Shown: positions 31,242-40,882 of the stretch, piece by piece
Layout of the letters: each line of letters begins with the position of its first letter
How positions within the stretch are numbered: position 1 is the stretch's first letter
Assembly: GCA_963790305.1 (NCBI GenBank)
Contig: CAWBOC010000005.1
Span: forward strand, 576,001 to 640,000
Direction: 5' to 3'
DNA: 64,000 nt
Source: an uncultured Gemmatimonadaceae bacterium
GTDB taxonomy: Bacteria > Gemmatimonadota > Gemmatimonadetes > Gemmatimonadales > Gemmatimonadaceae
Translations under genes and position numbers: made by a program
Notes under the pieces: generated by a model
Seen by the model: only the letters and a program-made list of their open reading frames with translations
What the model was told of the DNA's origin: nothing
Databases searched by the model: none

Positions 31242-32990
31242 CTAGTCTGCCAGCTTCCGTAGCTCCGCCAGCAGCGCCACCTCCTGCGGCGACGGTATCG
31301 CGGAGCGCGCCACCAGCTTCACCAGCTCACTGTCGCGCTCGTACAGATCGTTCGCGAACCACAGGTTGCCGTCGCGCACGTACGCCGTGAAATACACGAT
31401 GTAGACGGGGATTTTCTTCTTGAGCACGACCTGACGATTCGTTCCCTCCGTCGCGCGCTCGATCCGGTCCTCCGTCCATCCAGGCATTCCCGCGAGCGCG
31501 TACTTCGCCAGCTCCAGCGGCTTCTCGACACGGATGCATCCGTGGCTGAACGCGCGCACGTCGCGATCGAACAGCGAATGATCGGGCGTGTCGTGCAAAT
31601 AAATGTTCAGATCGTTGGGGAAGATGAACTTCACCGTTCCAAGCGCGTTCTTCTTGCCCGGGCGCTGGCGAATGCGCGGACCGCCCCGATCTTCCACGAT
31701 CTCGTATTCGTTGCGCTCCAGATAGCTGGGATCGGCGTTGATCTTCGGCCACAGCTCCTCCTCAGCGATCTTCTCTGGAACGTTCCAGTACGGCGCGAAC
31801 TCCAGGTAGGTCATCGAGTCGGCGAACGCCGGCGTTGCCTGGTCGGCGTAGTCCTGGCCGACGATCACCTTCATCGAGAGGACGGGCCGTCCGTTGTCGT
31901 AGGCGTCGAGGTGGAACGCCGGCACGTTGACGTAGATGTACCGGTCGCCTAACGAACGCGGCATCCAGCGATACCGCTCGAGATTGGCCATGATCTGTCC
32001 GGCGCGGTACTGCGCGGTCTGATTGAGCGACGCGAGCGTCCCCGTACCGAGGATGCTGTCGACGACAATGCCGTGCCGTCGCTGGAATGACGCGACCGCG
32101 CCTGCGAGCTCGCCTTCATAGATGGCCCGCCCGGTGGAATCGGCGGTGATGTCTCCGCGGTCGATGAAATCCTCGACGGCGAGGCGCTCGCGCAGCGCTC
32201 TCAGTCGCTCGACCTGTGCGGTATCACCTGGACGAAGTGACGGGCCCGCGGGAACCTTCGTCCACCCGCCTGCGGCAGCAATCCCGCGATACCGCTTGAG
32301 CTGCTCGCGCAGCGAGGTATACTGCTCGTCCTGCGGACGCATCAGGGCGATGGCGCGATCGAGTGGGTTCCCGCGCAGCGTTCGCGCGAGGAGGCTGTCG
32401 ACGTCGGCCGTCGACTGCCGAATGCGCCAGTCGGGCGAGACCTTTCCCGGGTCGATCTGCCCCGTGAGCAGGTCTTCGCCGAGCGCCACGTAGATCGAGG
32501 TCAGCATGACGTCCGCCTCGGCGAGGTGCTCCACGCGAGGACGACGGTTCTTGTCGATCGGCGCGAGGGCCGCTCGTAGCTCCTCCAAGGGGTACGCGTT
32601 GCCGACCAGGCCATGCTCGTGCACGGTCGCCAGCGCGTCCACCAGCTGATCGGCGCGCTCGCTGTCGGCGTCCTCCTCCAACCAGAGCGGGACGTGCTGG
32701 TAGTGCTCGTACAGCTTGACGACGCGCGCCCAGTCTCCCTCGTCGAGCCCCTTCGGCCGCTTTCCGGTGGCGACCCGGGCCTCAATCGCCTGTTGGAGCG
32801 CGGCGACCGGGATGTTCCGGACCTTGGTCAGCCCACCGGGGCTCCACGTGTCCGCAACCTCGCCCAGGTGGCTCTCGGGGGTCGCGGCGTCGTTGTTCCG
32901 GCACCCCGCGCCCAGCGTGACCGTCAGTATGACTATGCCGAGAAGCCCCGCGCGAGGACGCGCCAGGGGCCCGTGCAGCGTATCTTGCAT
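31242..32990 (-). CDS. L,D-transpeptidase (YcbB/LdtD-like) with peptidoglycan-binding domain
   Basis: FQRRHG PG-binding motif, VNVPAF, IYLHDTP, FSHGCIRV. Confidence 0.92.
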   Translation of the reverse strand: MQDTLHGPLARPRAGLLGIVILTVTLGAGCRNNDAATPESHLGEVADTWSPGGLTKVRNIPVAALQQAIEARVATGKRPKGLDEGDWARVVKLYEHYQHVPLWLEEDADSERADQLVDALATVHEHGLVGNAYPLEELRAALAPIDKNRRPRVEHLAEADVMLTSIYVALGEDLLTGQIDPGKVSPDWRIRQSTADVDSLLARTLRGNPLDRAIALMRPQDEQYTSLREQLKRYRGIAAAGGWTKVPAGPSLRPGDTAQVERLRALRERLAVEDFIDRGDITADSTGRAIYEGELAGAVASFQRRHGIVVDSILGTGTLASLNQTAQYRAGQIMANLERYRWMPRSLGDRYIYVNVPAFHLDAYDNGRPVLSMKVIVGQDYADQATPAFADSMTYLEFAPYWNVPEKIAEEELWPKINADPSYLERNEYEIVEDRGGPRIRQRPGKKNALGTVKFIFPNDLNIYLHDTPDHSLFDRDVRAFSHGCIRVEKPLELAKYALAGMPGWTEDRIERATEGTNRQVVLKKKIPVYIVYFTAYVRDGNLWFANDLYERDSELVKLVARSAIPSPQEVALLAELRKLAD

Positions 32991-33116
32991 GTGGAATAAG
33001 TCTCCGTTCGAGTAGCCCTCGGCCCTGACAATGGCAGAAGCAGTGCCACCGCAGAAGACGCCGATTTGCGCCGTGCGGAGCATGTCCAGCCGCCACCACT
33101 AACCGTAGGAGATCCA

Positions 33117-33650
33117 ATGATACGCGTGCGCGCTTCGCTCGTTCCATTCGTCCTCGCCCTGACCGTGTTCACCGTCGCATGCAATGCATCGCGCGACGGC
33201 GATCAGGCGGTGGACACGACCGCCGCCGGGGCGGCCGAGACCACCGCCTCGGCGGGGTCGACCGAGACATCCTCGTCCAGCACGTTTCTCGATCCTAACG
33301 CCGCGACCCGCGAACAGCTTCTTGCACTGCCGGGCATAGATTCCGCGGCCGCCAACGCGTTGGTGCAGGGTCGCCAGTACGACAACATGGTCGCAGTCGA
33401 TCGTGCGCTCGCCAGCCACCTCACCGAGGCGGAACGCGACAGTGTGTACACGAGGCTGTGGAGGCCGATCGATCTCAACACCGCGACCAAGGAGGAGATC
33501 CTCCTGATCCCCGGCGTCGGTGCCCGCATGCAGCACGAGTTCGAGGAATACCGTCCATATAACTCGATCGAGCGGTTCCGTCGCGAGATCGGCAAGTACG
33601 TGGACAGCGCCGAGGTGGCGAGGCTGGAGAGGTACGTCACGATACGGTGA
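33117..33650 (+). CDS. helix-hairpin-helix (ComEA-like) lipoprotein
   Basis: Lipobox, DPNAATREQLLALPGI and IDLNTATKEEILLIPGVG. Confidence 0.8.
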   Translation: MIRVRASLVPFVLALTVFTVACNASRDGDQAVDTTAAGAAETTASAGSTETSSSSTFLDPNAATREQLLALPGIDSAAANALVQGRQYDNMVAVDRALASHLTEAERDSVYTRLWRPIDLNTATKEEILLIPGVGARMQHEFEEYRPYNSIERFRREIGKYVDSAEVARLERYVTIR

Positions 33651-33654
33651 GTGA

Positions 33655-33746
33655 CAGAAATGCGGAATGCGGAATGCGGAGTGCAGGTTGCCGCCGAGTC
33701 GGTTCGCGTTCAATGACCAATTCGCACTCCGCATTCCGCATTCTGT
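33655..33746. repeat. GAATGCG-heptamer palindromic element
   Basis: CAGAAATGCGGAATGCGGAATGCGGAGTGC ... GCACTCCGCATTCCGCATTCTG. Confidence 0.88.
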
Positions 33747-33749
33747 AGC

Positions 33750-34364
33750 ATGAACCCCCGCATCCGTCCCTGGCTGCTTCCGGTCGCGGCCACCGCGCTC
33801 GTCCTCGGGATCGGGCTTCAGCAGTGCTCGACGATCGGGGGATTTCTCACCGGTCGGAAGAACACGACGACCGTCACGCACGAGCTCGTCGTCGACCGCG
33901 TGCAGAACGTGGCGAAGCTCGTGTCCGTCGAGGCGACGGTGCGGGACGTCCTCGTGTACCGCAACACATGGTACGGCTCGACCAAGCAGTCGCTGGTGGT
34001 CGTGACGGCGCGGCTGCTGGCCGGGGTCGATCTCAAGTCCGGCGCCGACGTGAAGATCGATGAGGAGGCACGCCGCATCGACATCGCGCTCCCTCACGCG
34101 ACGTTGCTCGCCACCGAGGTGACGGACATCAACACGTACGACGAGCAGCGCGGCTTGTGGAACCCGTTCCGGTCGGAAGATCGCGACCGGATATTCCAGC
34201 TCGCCCGTCAGCAGCTCACTCGCTCGGCCGAGCAGATGCGGTTGACTGCGCGTGCCGAGGCGAGCGCGAAGGAGATGCTGGAGACGATGTTCGGGGTGGA
34301 CGGGTGGGTCGCGGAGGTCACCTTCCGGGATGTGCCAACCGTTAGAACAAGGGACGAGGAATGA
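33750..34364 (+). CDS. DUF4230 family protein
   Basis: N-terminal TM helix, AKLVSVE, AGVDL, IALPHA. Confidence 0.75.
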   Translation: MNPRIRPWLLPVAATALVLGIGLQQCSTIGGFLTGRKNTTTVTHELVVDRVQNVAKLVSVEATVRDVLVYRNTWYGSTKQSLVVVTARLLAGVDLKSGADVKIDEEARRIDIALPHATLLATEVTDINTYDEQRGLWNPFRSEDRDRIFQLARQQLTRSAEQMRLTARAEASAKEMLETMFGVDGWVAEVTFRDVPTVRTRDEE

Positions 34365-34376
34365 GGAGGAGCGAAA

Positions 34377-34832
34377 ATGAAACCGACAACGCTGTGGCTC
34401 ATGGTCGCACTGGCAGTCGGGTGCGCGAAGTCATCGCCACCAGGCAATGAAACCGCAGCAGCGACGGGCTCCGTGAGCGCAGGCAGCGCCCTCGTTGGAG
34501 CGCGCTGGCGGCTGGTCGAGCTCGAAGGTCAACCGTCGCTCGCGGGCGGAGGTGCTCGCGAGCCGCACCTGATTTTCTCTCGCGACAGCGTCGATCGCGT
34601 CGGCGGCGCGACCGGCTGCAATTCGATGGGAGGCCGCTACGAGGCTGACGGCGAGCGCATCCGTTTCTCCGGTCTCTTCAGCACGAAGATGGCGTGCGTG
34701 GAAGAGGCACGAATGCGCCAGGAGACTCGCTTCGTGGGCGTGCTCGAGCGAGCGGATCGGTACTCGATCAGCGGTGATACGCTGACCCTCAGCGAGGGTG
34801 GGACGGCGGTGGCGAAGTTCGTTAAGACCTGA
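34377..34832 (+). CDS. META/HslJ domain lipoprotein
   Basis: WRLVEL, GATGCN, STKMAC. Confidence 0.88.
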   Translation: MKPTTLWLMVALAVGCAKSSPPGNETAAATGSVSAGSALVGARWRLVELEGQPSLAGGGAREPHLIFSRDSVDRVGGATGCNSMGGRYEADGERIRFSGLFSTKMACVEEARMRQETRFVGVLERADRYSISGDTLTLSEGGTAVAKFVKT

Positions 34833-34837
34833 AGGGC

Positions 34838-34895
34838 GAATCGGAATGCGAATGGGATCGGCGTTTCTCCCATTCCGCATTCCGTATTCCGCATT
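34838..34895. repeat. GAATGCG-heptamer palindromic element between convergent genes
   Basis: GAATCGGAATGCGAATGGGA ... TCCCATTCCGCATTCCGTATTCCGCATT. Confidence 0.8.
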
Positions 34896-34896
34896 G

Positions 34897-35343
34897 CTAG
34901 ACGAGCCCGTCCATCGCGTCGAAGATCGCAATCCACCCTTCGTTTGTCTCCCTCACCTTCGCTTCCGAGAGCTGCGTGTGCGTGAGCGCGACGTCGGTGC
35001 TGCCGCCGCGCTCGGTGAACTCGATCGTCACGAGTGACGGTGGCTCGTCGTAGCCGCGATCGTTCGTGAAGTGGAAGGTGTGCACGAGCTTTCTGTTCGG
35101 CACGACCTCCTGAAACACGCCATCGAAGTACCAGTTGACGCCGGTCGTGCGATCGTGAATGTGCTGGCGCCACACACCGCCCGTCTGACAGGACAAGTCA
35201 ATGGCGACCGTGTCGAATTCCGGTCCCCAGCTCCACCGTGTCGCCATCGATGGATCGCTCCATGCGCGAAACACCTTGGCGACGGGAGCCTTGAACGTGC
35301 GGCGCACGACGACGGTTGCGCCCGGAGCGGCGGTGGCAGCCAT
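34897..35343 (-). CDS. SRPBCC/AHSA1-like domain protein
   Basis: RTFKAPVAKVFRAWSDP, EVVPNRKLV, EGW. Confidence 0.87.
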   Translation of the reverse strand: MAATAAPGATVVVRRTFKAPVAKVFRAWSDPSMATRWSWGPEFDTVAIDLSCQTGGVWRQHIHDRTTGVNWYFDGVFQEVVPNRKLVHTFHFTNDRGYDEPPSLVTIEFTERGGSTDVALTHTQLSEAKVRETNEGWIAIFDAMDGLV

Positions 35344-35346
35344 GAG

Positions 35347-35682
35347 TCAAACCTCCTCTGAAGTGTCCTCGGCGAGCAGCGTGTCGAGCGCGTCGAAACG
35401 CTGATTCCAGAAGTGCCGGCAGCGTGCGATCCATTCGACGGAGCTCTCCAGCGCCTTGGGGCGCAGATAGCAAATGCGTTGGCGCCCCGCGCGGCGGCGG
35501 CCAATGATTCCCGCGCCTTCGAGGGCGTCGAGATGCTTCGTAACCGCGGGCTGCGAGATCGCGAACTCGCGCGCGAGCTCCATCACCGGATGGTCGCCAC
35601 GTGCGAGTCGCTCGACGATGCGTCGGCGCGTGGGATCGGCGAGGGCGTGAAAGGCGAGGTCGAGCCGGGCCGCTTGATTCAT
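35347..35682 (-). CDS. ArsR/SmtB family regulator
   Basis: FHALADPTRRRI, ISQPAVTKHL. Confidence 0.92.
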   Translation of the reverse strand: MNQAARLDLAFHALADPTRRRIVERLARGDHPVMELAREFAISQPAVTKHLDALEGAGIIGRRRAGRQRICYLRPKALESSVEWIARCRHFWNQRFDALDTLLAEDTSEEV

Positions 35683-35772
35683 AACCGATTAGTTATATAA
35701 AGCCGCGGCGCCCGCCCGTCAAGGCGGAAGACTGTCCGGCCTTCTGCGCCCTCGGTCTCCGGTGCATCATCC

Positions 35773-36745
35773 GATGACGATGCGACGACTTCTCGGTGTG
35801 ATGCTGATCGCGCTCGGCTGCGCCCGCGGCGACGACAGCGGCTCCGCTACGAATGCTCGCGACGAAGGACCGCTCGTCGTTTTCAACGCCGGTAGCCTGG
35901 CGCGGCCGATCCGCGCTGCGCTCGATACTTTCGCCGTGCGCGAGGGCGTGCCGTTCGAGCAGGAGCAGGCGGGAAGTCTCGAGACGGCGCGGAAGGTCAC
36001 GGAGCTTGGACGTGTCCCGGACGTCATCGCCCTCGCCGATTACCAGATCTTTCCCCAGCTGCTGGTCCCGGAGCACACCTCCTGGTATGCGCGGTTTGCG
36101 CGCAACCGGATGGTGCTTGCGCACACCGATCGCTCGCGCCACGCCAATGTCATCACTCCGGCGAACTGGTGGCAGATCGTTCTGCGTCCCGGTGTAGAGA
36201 CGGGACACAGCGACCCCAATCTCGACCCCGCGGGATACCGCTCACTCCTCGTTATGCAGCTGGCCGAGCGATACTATCGCCAGCCGGGGCTCGCCGCTCG
36301 CCTCCGAGGGGCGATTCCGCCGCGCAACGTCCGTCCGAAGGAAATCGATCTCGTGGCGCTGCTCGAGACGGCTGAGCTCGACTATGCGTTCGAGTACGAG
36401 TCGGTTGCGCGTGGCGCGTCACTGGAGTTCGTCCCATTCCCGGACTCCGTCTCGCTCGGCAACATGAGCGACTCCGCTTTCTACGAGACGGCGATGGTGC
36501 GCACCGTAGGGCGCCGGCCGGGCGACAGCCTCACCATGCGCGGGGAGCCAATCGTCTATGCGCTATCGATTCCCCGCGGGGCGCCTCATCCGCGGCTGGC
36601 CGAGCGGTTTGTGATGTTCCTGATGTCCGAAGACGGACGGCGAGTCCTGCGCGCGAACCATCTCGACGCGCTGGACTCCGCCGTAGTCTCGGGCGACAGT
36701 GCCCCGGCCGGGCTCAGCGCGCGGCGAGCTCCGGCCGTCCCGTGA
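35773..36745 (+). CDS. tungstate/molybdate ABC substrate-binding protein (WtpA-like)
   Basis: VFNAGSL, GSLETARK, SDPNLDPAGYRS, DYAFEYES; start uncertain. Confidence 0.82.
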
Positions 36746-37595
36746 GCTGTGCGACGAGGTGACGGATCGCGACCTGCCACACGAGCGGCTGACCGGGCAG
36801 GTCCTCGCGTCGCGCGGTGCGCAGACGCTGCACGTCCTCATCGCTGATCAGCTCCTGCCCGCCGATGCTGCTGACGAGCAGCCGCGTGCGCCGTGCCAGA
36901 AGCCCTTCGGCACCGATGCGCACGGCCTTGCCGTCAGGATCGATGAGTGCGCCGGTGAGCTGCAGAACGTTCACTGGCGTCTCGAGCGACGTCAGCCAGG
37001 GGACGTTGACCGAGTAATTGGTACCGAGTAGCACCGCCTTGTCTCCGCGCCAGGATTTCTGCGTCATGCGGTAGTCGCCGATCTCGAGCGTAATAAGAAG
37101 TGCTCGCGACGCACCCGCTGCATTCAGCGCGGACCCCAGCCAGGCGGTCCATTCCCCGGAGGGACGGGCCACAGCCAAACGCATCTTCTTCTCACGATCC
37201 CCGAGCACGCCTTCCTCGGCGGTGGCGCAGTCGGCATCCGGGGCGGTCTCGCAGCTGAACATGACGTCAGGCGACCGGCCTGGTGCGGCGGATGGAGGGG
37301 CCACGCGCACACTGGCGCCTAACGAATCGAGGTAGGTGTTCATCTCGCGCAGGAGGGCGGCGATGGGGCTTCCGCTCTCGTTCGCGGGCTCGAAGATCGG
37401 CTCCTGGGTGGCGCCACGCTGGTAGGCGATGCCCAGGTGGGCGATGCGGCCGGCGGCGGTGACGGGACCGCCGGCGTAGAAGGGAGGATTCTCGAGAAAC
37501 GCGTCGCCGACACCACTGCCTATCGTGGAGCCGGCGCACGCAATGCCGGTCAAGGCGAGCGCCGCTACGGCGCCCGCACGAATCGAGGTAAGCAT
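36714..37595 (-). CDS. hypothetical lipoprotein
   Basis: Signal peptide ending IAC; protein-like composition. Confidence 0.7.
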   Translation of the reverse strand: MLTSIRAGAVAALALTGIACAGSTIGSGVGDAFLENPPFYAGGPVTAAGRIAHLGIAYQRGATQEPIFEPANESGSPIAALLREMNTYLDSLGASVRVAPPSAAPGRSPDVMFSCETAPDADCATAEEGVLGDREKKMRLAVARPSGEWTAWLGSALNAAGASRALLITLEIGDYRMTQKSWRGDKAVLLGTNYSVNVPWLTSLETPVNVLQLTGALIDPDGKAVRIGAEGLLARRTRLLVSSIGGQELISDEDVQRLRTARREDLPGQPLVWQVAIRHLVAQLTGRPELAAR

Positions 37596-37677
37596 AGGAC
37601 AGAGAAAGGATTGAGGCGGAAAGGAAGGGTACGCCCACAAAAAATAGTCAAACGATTCTTCGGCGCGCCAGCGGGCC

Positions 37678-38736
37678 GTGACGCGGCGGCGTCTGAATCG
37701 TGGACAGCGCGTCAGGATCGACGCACCCTCCCCCCGATTCCTGCTCGTGGACATCGGCTTCGAGCTCACCAATCTCTGCAACCTGCACTGCACCCACTGC
37801 ATCCGTGGGTCGCATCAGGCGACCATCGAACGGCTCGATCTGGAGCTGATCCGCCGAGTGCTCGATGAAGCCACGGCGCTCTTCGGGTCGGTCGAGGTCG
37901 TATTCACCGGTGGGGAGCCACTGGCTTCGGAGCTCTTTCCCGCTGTGGTTCGGGAGCTGGCTCAGCGAGGTGTGTCGTACCGGTTCGTCACGAATGGATG
38001 GTTGGTGCCCCGTCATCTGCCGCTGCTTCAGTCGCACAGACCTCGCTTCGTGCGCGTAAGTCTGAGCGGGGGTACCGAGGCCACGCACGACGAGCAGCGC
38101 GGGAAGGGAAGCTTCCGGCGCGCGCTCCTGGGCGCGGCGTCCGTGCTCAGCCGGGGCATGATGGCCGAGCTGTCGCTGCTCCTCACGCGGCGAAGCCGAT
38201 CCGAGATCGGCGAGGCGATCGCCGTCGCCGCTGATCTCCGCGTTCGCGCACTGCACCTCACTCTCATGCAGCCAACGCCGGAGACCGCGGCCGCCGGGCT
38301 GGACCTTTCGCCGGAGGAGTGGCGCGAAATCGCCCGGGAAGTGAACGCGATAGCACCGCACGCGATCGTTCCGGTCGTTCTCGACTACGGCGGTCCGATG
38401 CCGGTGCCGCGCGAGCGTTGCAACACGCTCGCGTCGCGTCAGCTCTACATCGACGCGCGAGGACGGGTGCCTTTCTGCTGTCAGCTGTCCCGTTATGGCA
38501 ACGGCGGGGAGCAGATCGTCGGTGATCTCAGGACGGAGTCACTGGCCGCGATCGCTGCCCGGGCTGCGAGCGCGTACGACGCGTTTCACGGCGAAACCAC
38601 CCGTCTGCACCAGATAGGGAAGCTCGATGCGCTCGATGATTTCCCCTGCATGAGCTGCGCGCGTCGGCATGGACAGACGCGCTTCCTCACCGCGTTCCCG
38701 GGCCACTCCTGGACGCAGATCGCGCACGCGTCATGA
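37678..38736 (+). CDS. radical SAM protein with SPASM/twitch-like C-terminus
   Basis: CNLHCTHC, FTGGEPL, TNG, HD-x2-RGKGSF; C-terminal C-x12-G-x-V-x2-CC and CMSC. Confidence 0.92.
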   Translation: MTRRRLNRGQRVRIDAPSPRFLLVDIGFELTNLCNLHCTHCIRGSHQATIERLDLELIRRVLDEATALFGSVEVVFTGGEPLASELFPAVVRELAQRGVSYRFVTNGWLVPRHLPLLQSHRPRFVRVSLSGGTEATHDEQRGKGSFRRALLGAASVLSRGMMAELSLLLTRRSRSEIGEAIAVAADLRVRALHLTLMQPTPETAAAGLDLSPEEWREIAREVNAIAPHAIVPVVLDYGGPMPVPRERCNTLASRQLYIDARGRVPFCCQLSRYGNGGEQIVGDLRTESLAAIAARAASAYDAFHGETTRLHQIGKLDALDDFPCMSCARRHGQTRFLTAFPGHSWTQIAHAS

Positions 38737-39495
38737 GCGTCGCGACCCGGCCCTGGGAGTGGGAGGACGTCCGAGCAACCACCGACGAAAACGGCGTGCA
38801 TCTCGCGCACGTCGCGGAGCCGGCGGAGCTCCTGCTGCGCAAAGGGCGCCTGGTGCGAGGAGCGGGGTACGATACGGCTTCGCCAACGGCACGGCGGTCA
38901 CTTGCGCGAGTCGGGGCGATTCTTCGTCTACGCGCGCGGGGCCGCTACCTGGTGCACGCCTCGGCCGTCGTCGATCCGGCCGGGGGCGCGTGGCTCCTCG
39001 CCGGCGACAGCGGCAGCGGCAAGTCCACGCTGGCCTGGGTCCTCGTCAGGCAGGGGTGGTCATTGCTCGGCGACGATGGCGTGCTCATCGAGGATGCCGA
39101 GGGGGGTCTCGTGGCCCGCGCCTGGCGCGATCCTCTGCGTGTGAGCCTCGGCCTCGCCAAGCAGTTTCCTGAGTTGCAGGCGTTGGCGCCGCGCGTCGCC
39201 GCGCGCGATCCGCGCGCTCGCGTACCGGTGGAGCGGGAGGTCGTCCGTCAGGCACCGGTGCGGAGGATTCTCCTTCTCGAGCGTTCGCAGCGCGACCGCG
39301 TGCTTCGAGTGGGCCCCGCCGTCACGCTCGCCTCGCTCGTGCGCCAGTCTCCGTGGGTGCCTCATCGACAATGAGGATGCGCCGCGTCACCTTACCGTGC
39401 TCGCGGCCACCGCGGACTCGGTGCCGGCGTTCCACCTCGCGCACACGGAGTCGCAGCTGGAGCAGTTGCCGCTCACCCTCGCCAGGCTCGCGTAG
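38733..39495 (+). CDS. HprK-related P-loop kinase; apparent +1 frameshift near 39360
   Basis: LVHASAV, GDSGSGKST, LLGDD; removing one C after SPWV continues LIDNEDAPRHL...LARLA to TAG at 39493-39495. Confidence 0.82.
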
Positions 39496-39571
39496 GCCAG
39501 CCCGTAGTGACCCCGAAGGGTATCGATTCGTCTAACCCGGATACCGGGCGACGACGCCCGCGAGGGGCACG

Positions 39572-39817
39572 ATGGGAGACATCGAGGACCTACAATCGCA
39601 CGTTAGCGGGTCGAGCGACGTGGGCGCGACACCGCGCTCGCGGCGCCCCTGGGTCGCGCCGACGCTGATGCGCCACGCCTCGCTCACGGCGCTGACGCTT
39701 CAGTATCCGGCGGGCCTCGTCGTGGATCCGAGTACCGGCGAGCTGCTCGATCCCAACAACCCCGCCGATCGCGTCAGGCTGGCCGACATCCCGGGAAGCA
39801 CGGGCTTCTTCCCGTGA
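39572..39817 (+). CDS. putative RiPP precursor peptide (81 aa) with lasso-type leader
   Basis: RRPWVAPTLMRHASLTALT fits (Y/W)xxPxL-x3-(G/A)-x5-T; GAGGGG RBS; GTGA overlap with the next gene. Confidence 0.7.
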   Translation: MGDIEDLQSHVSGSSDVGATPRSRRPWVAPTLMRHASLTALTLQYPAGLVVDPSTGELLDPNNPADRVRLADIPGSTGFFP

Positions 39818-40734
39818 CCTGGCGCGCCGGGCTCGCGCTCGCTGCCGTCCTCATCGCGAGTGGATGCGACGAGACCGGCCCGCTGGACGTCACACTCCCA
39901 GCCGTCGTATTCGTGTCAGGCACGGATCAGGATGCCGAGCTGTTTCTGTGGAGCGCGGACACGGTGACGCGCCTGACGAGCAATGCGTTCGGGGATGAGG
40001 AGCCGCACGTTGCCGCCGGCCGTCTCGTCTTCACGTCGGATCGCGACGGGAATCCCGAGGTGTACTTCTCGGATATGCGCGCCACCGCGCCGCGCCGTCT
40101 GACGACGCACACTGCGACCGATGGTGAGCCCGCACTGCATCCGGCGGGCGACCGCATCGTCTTCATCAGCATGCGCAGCGGTACGCCGCGTCTCTGGACC
40201 ATGGATACCCTCGGCGGATCGCTGGCGCCGCTCGCGACGGGCTCCGCGACTTTCTCTCCGGAGCGCGCACCGGCGTGGAGCCCGCAGGGCGATCGCATCG
40301 CCTTCACCTCGGCGCGAACGGGCACGTCGCAGGTGTTCGTCGTCGACGCGTCGGGAGGCGCTGCGGTGCAGCTGACGAGCGAGGCCGGCGGTGCGTTCGA
40401 TCCCTCCTGGAGTGCGTCAGGGACACAGATCGTCTATGCGACCAGCGCCGGCACGCCGCGCTTGCGGAGCATTCCAGCGACCGGGGGCGCGGCCGCGGAC
40501 TATGCCGTGCTTCCCGACACGGCGTTAGGCGAGCCGTCGTGCGGAGCGCATTACTGCGTCGCCGTGCGCGGTGCCTACGGAGAGGATGGCGACCTCGTCG
40601 CGTACGGGGCGCCGCGGGCAACCGGCGATGGCGTTGGGGTACCACCGATTCCACCTCCGCCGCAAACGACTGGGGTGAGAGTGCTGGTCGAGGGGGCGGG
40701 GAATGCTCGACAGCCGGCCATTGTGCCCGAGTAG
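39814..40734 (+). CDS. TolB-like PD40-repeat lipoprotein
   Basis: IASGC lipobox; FTSDRDGNPEVY, PAWSPQGDRIAF, PSWS repeats. Confidence 0.87.
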   Translation: MTWRAGLALAAVLIASGCDETGPLDVTLPAVVFVSGTDQDAELFLWSADTVTRLTSNAFGDEEPHVAAGRLVFTSDRDGNPEVYFSDMRATAPRRLTTHTATDGEPALHPAGDRIVFISMRSGTPRLWTMDTLGGSLAPLATGSATFSPERAPAWSPQGDRIAFTSARTGTSQVFVVDASGGAAVQLTSEAGGAFDPSWSASGTQIVYATSAGTPRLRSIPATGGAAADYAVLPDTALGEPSCGAHYCVAVRGAYGEDGDLVAYGAPRATGDGVGVPPIPPPPQTTGVRVLVEGAGNARQPAIVPE

Positions 40735-40741
40735 GGATTAT

Positions 40742-40881
40742 TCGTCTGAACGGCAAAGACGTCAGATATCAGAATACAGAATTCAGAATTCAGAAACGAC
40801 TACGGGGAGCCAGACTGGCTCCCCGCAGGTTTTGTCTGACATTCTGAATTCTGTATTCTGACGTCTCTGCCGTTCAGACGA
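40742..40881. repeat. CAGAATT-heptamer palindromic element
   Basis: TCGTCTGAACGGCAAAGACGTCAG..CAGAATACAGAATTCAGAAT ... ATTCTGAATTCTGTATTCTGACGTCTCTGCCGTTCAGACGA. Confidence 0.9.
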
Positions 40882-40882
40882 C

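Noticed and set aside
37678..40734. Complete canonical lasso cluster or pqq operon
   Set aside because: No cyclase, B1/B2 or pqqBCD genes, and the precursor lacks the PqqA ExxxY motif
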